Shown: in pieces, positions 63,993 through 64,000 of the stretch | Layout of the letters: each line of letters starts with the position of its first letter | Numbering within the stretch: the first letter of the stretch is position 1 | Program-made: the position numbers and the translations under genes | Source of the DNA: K189A clade bacterium | GTDB taxonomy: Bacteria > Pseudomonadota > Gammaproteobacteria > Pseudomonadales > Azotimanducaceae | Length of the DNA stretch: 64,000 bases | Reading direction: 5' to 3' | Assembly: GCA_902528515.1 (NCBI GenBank) | Contig: CABZTD010000007.1 | Coordinates: 4,670 to 68,669, forward strand | Notes under the pieces: model-generated | The model's database searches: none | The model's input: only the letters and a program-made list of their open reading frames with translations | Told to the model about the DNA's origin: nothing

Positions 63993-64000
63993 AAGGTACT

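Overview
The window looks like chromosome from a gammaproteobacterium, probably marine (inferred from gene order and cargo types). Bases 1-49.1 kb are mostly core genes: two exported peptidases beside tRNA-Pro, folD-lpxH, miaE, the leuCDB-asd-fimV-truA-trpFBA-folC-dedD-cvpA-purF block (no accD), aroC, prmB, gpsA, htpG, the gltA/sdhCDAB/sucAB-lpdA-sucCD TCA cluster, and selA-selB. From 49.2 kb, tRNA-Sec (selC, with an unusual 12-bp acceptor/T branch) anchors an accessory region containing three further copies of its own 3' end. The first unit is a ~10.5-kb phage-satellite-like element (P4-type integrase, AlpA, split AEP primase/PriCT-2 helicase, HGGxSTG protein). Its cargo genes are separated by short relics of sibling elements: HGGxSTG gene 3' ends, a helicase 3' end and several origin-like iteron/hairpin modules. 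It is followed by integrase-free units sharing a conserved att arm: an empty ~170-bp unit, a 3.3-kb sulfotransferase/arylsulfotransferase unit, and the start of a GST-bearing unit. Start codons were adjusted by eye. Product calls rest on motif recognition only, with no database searches.
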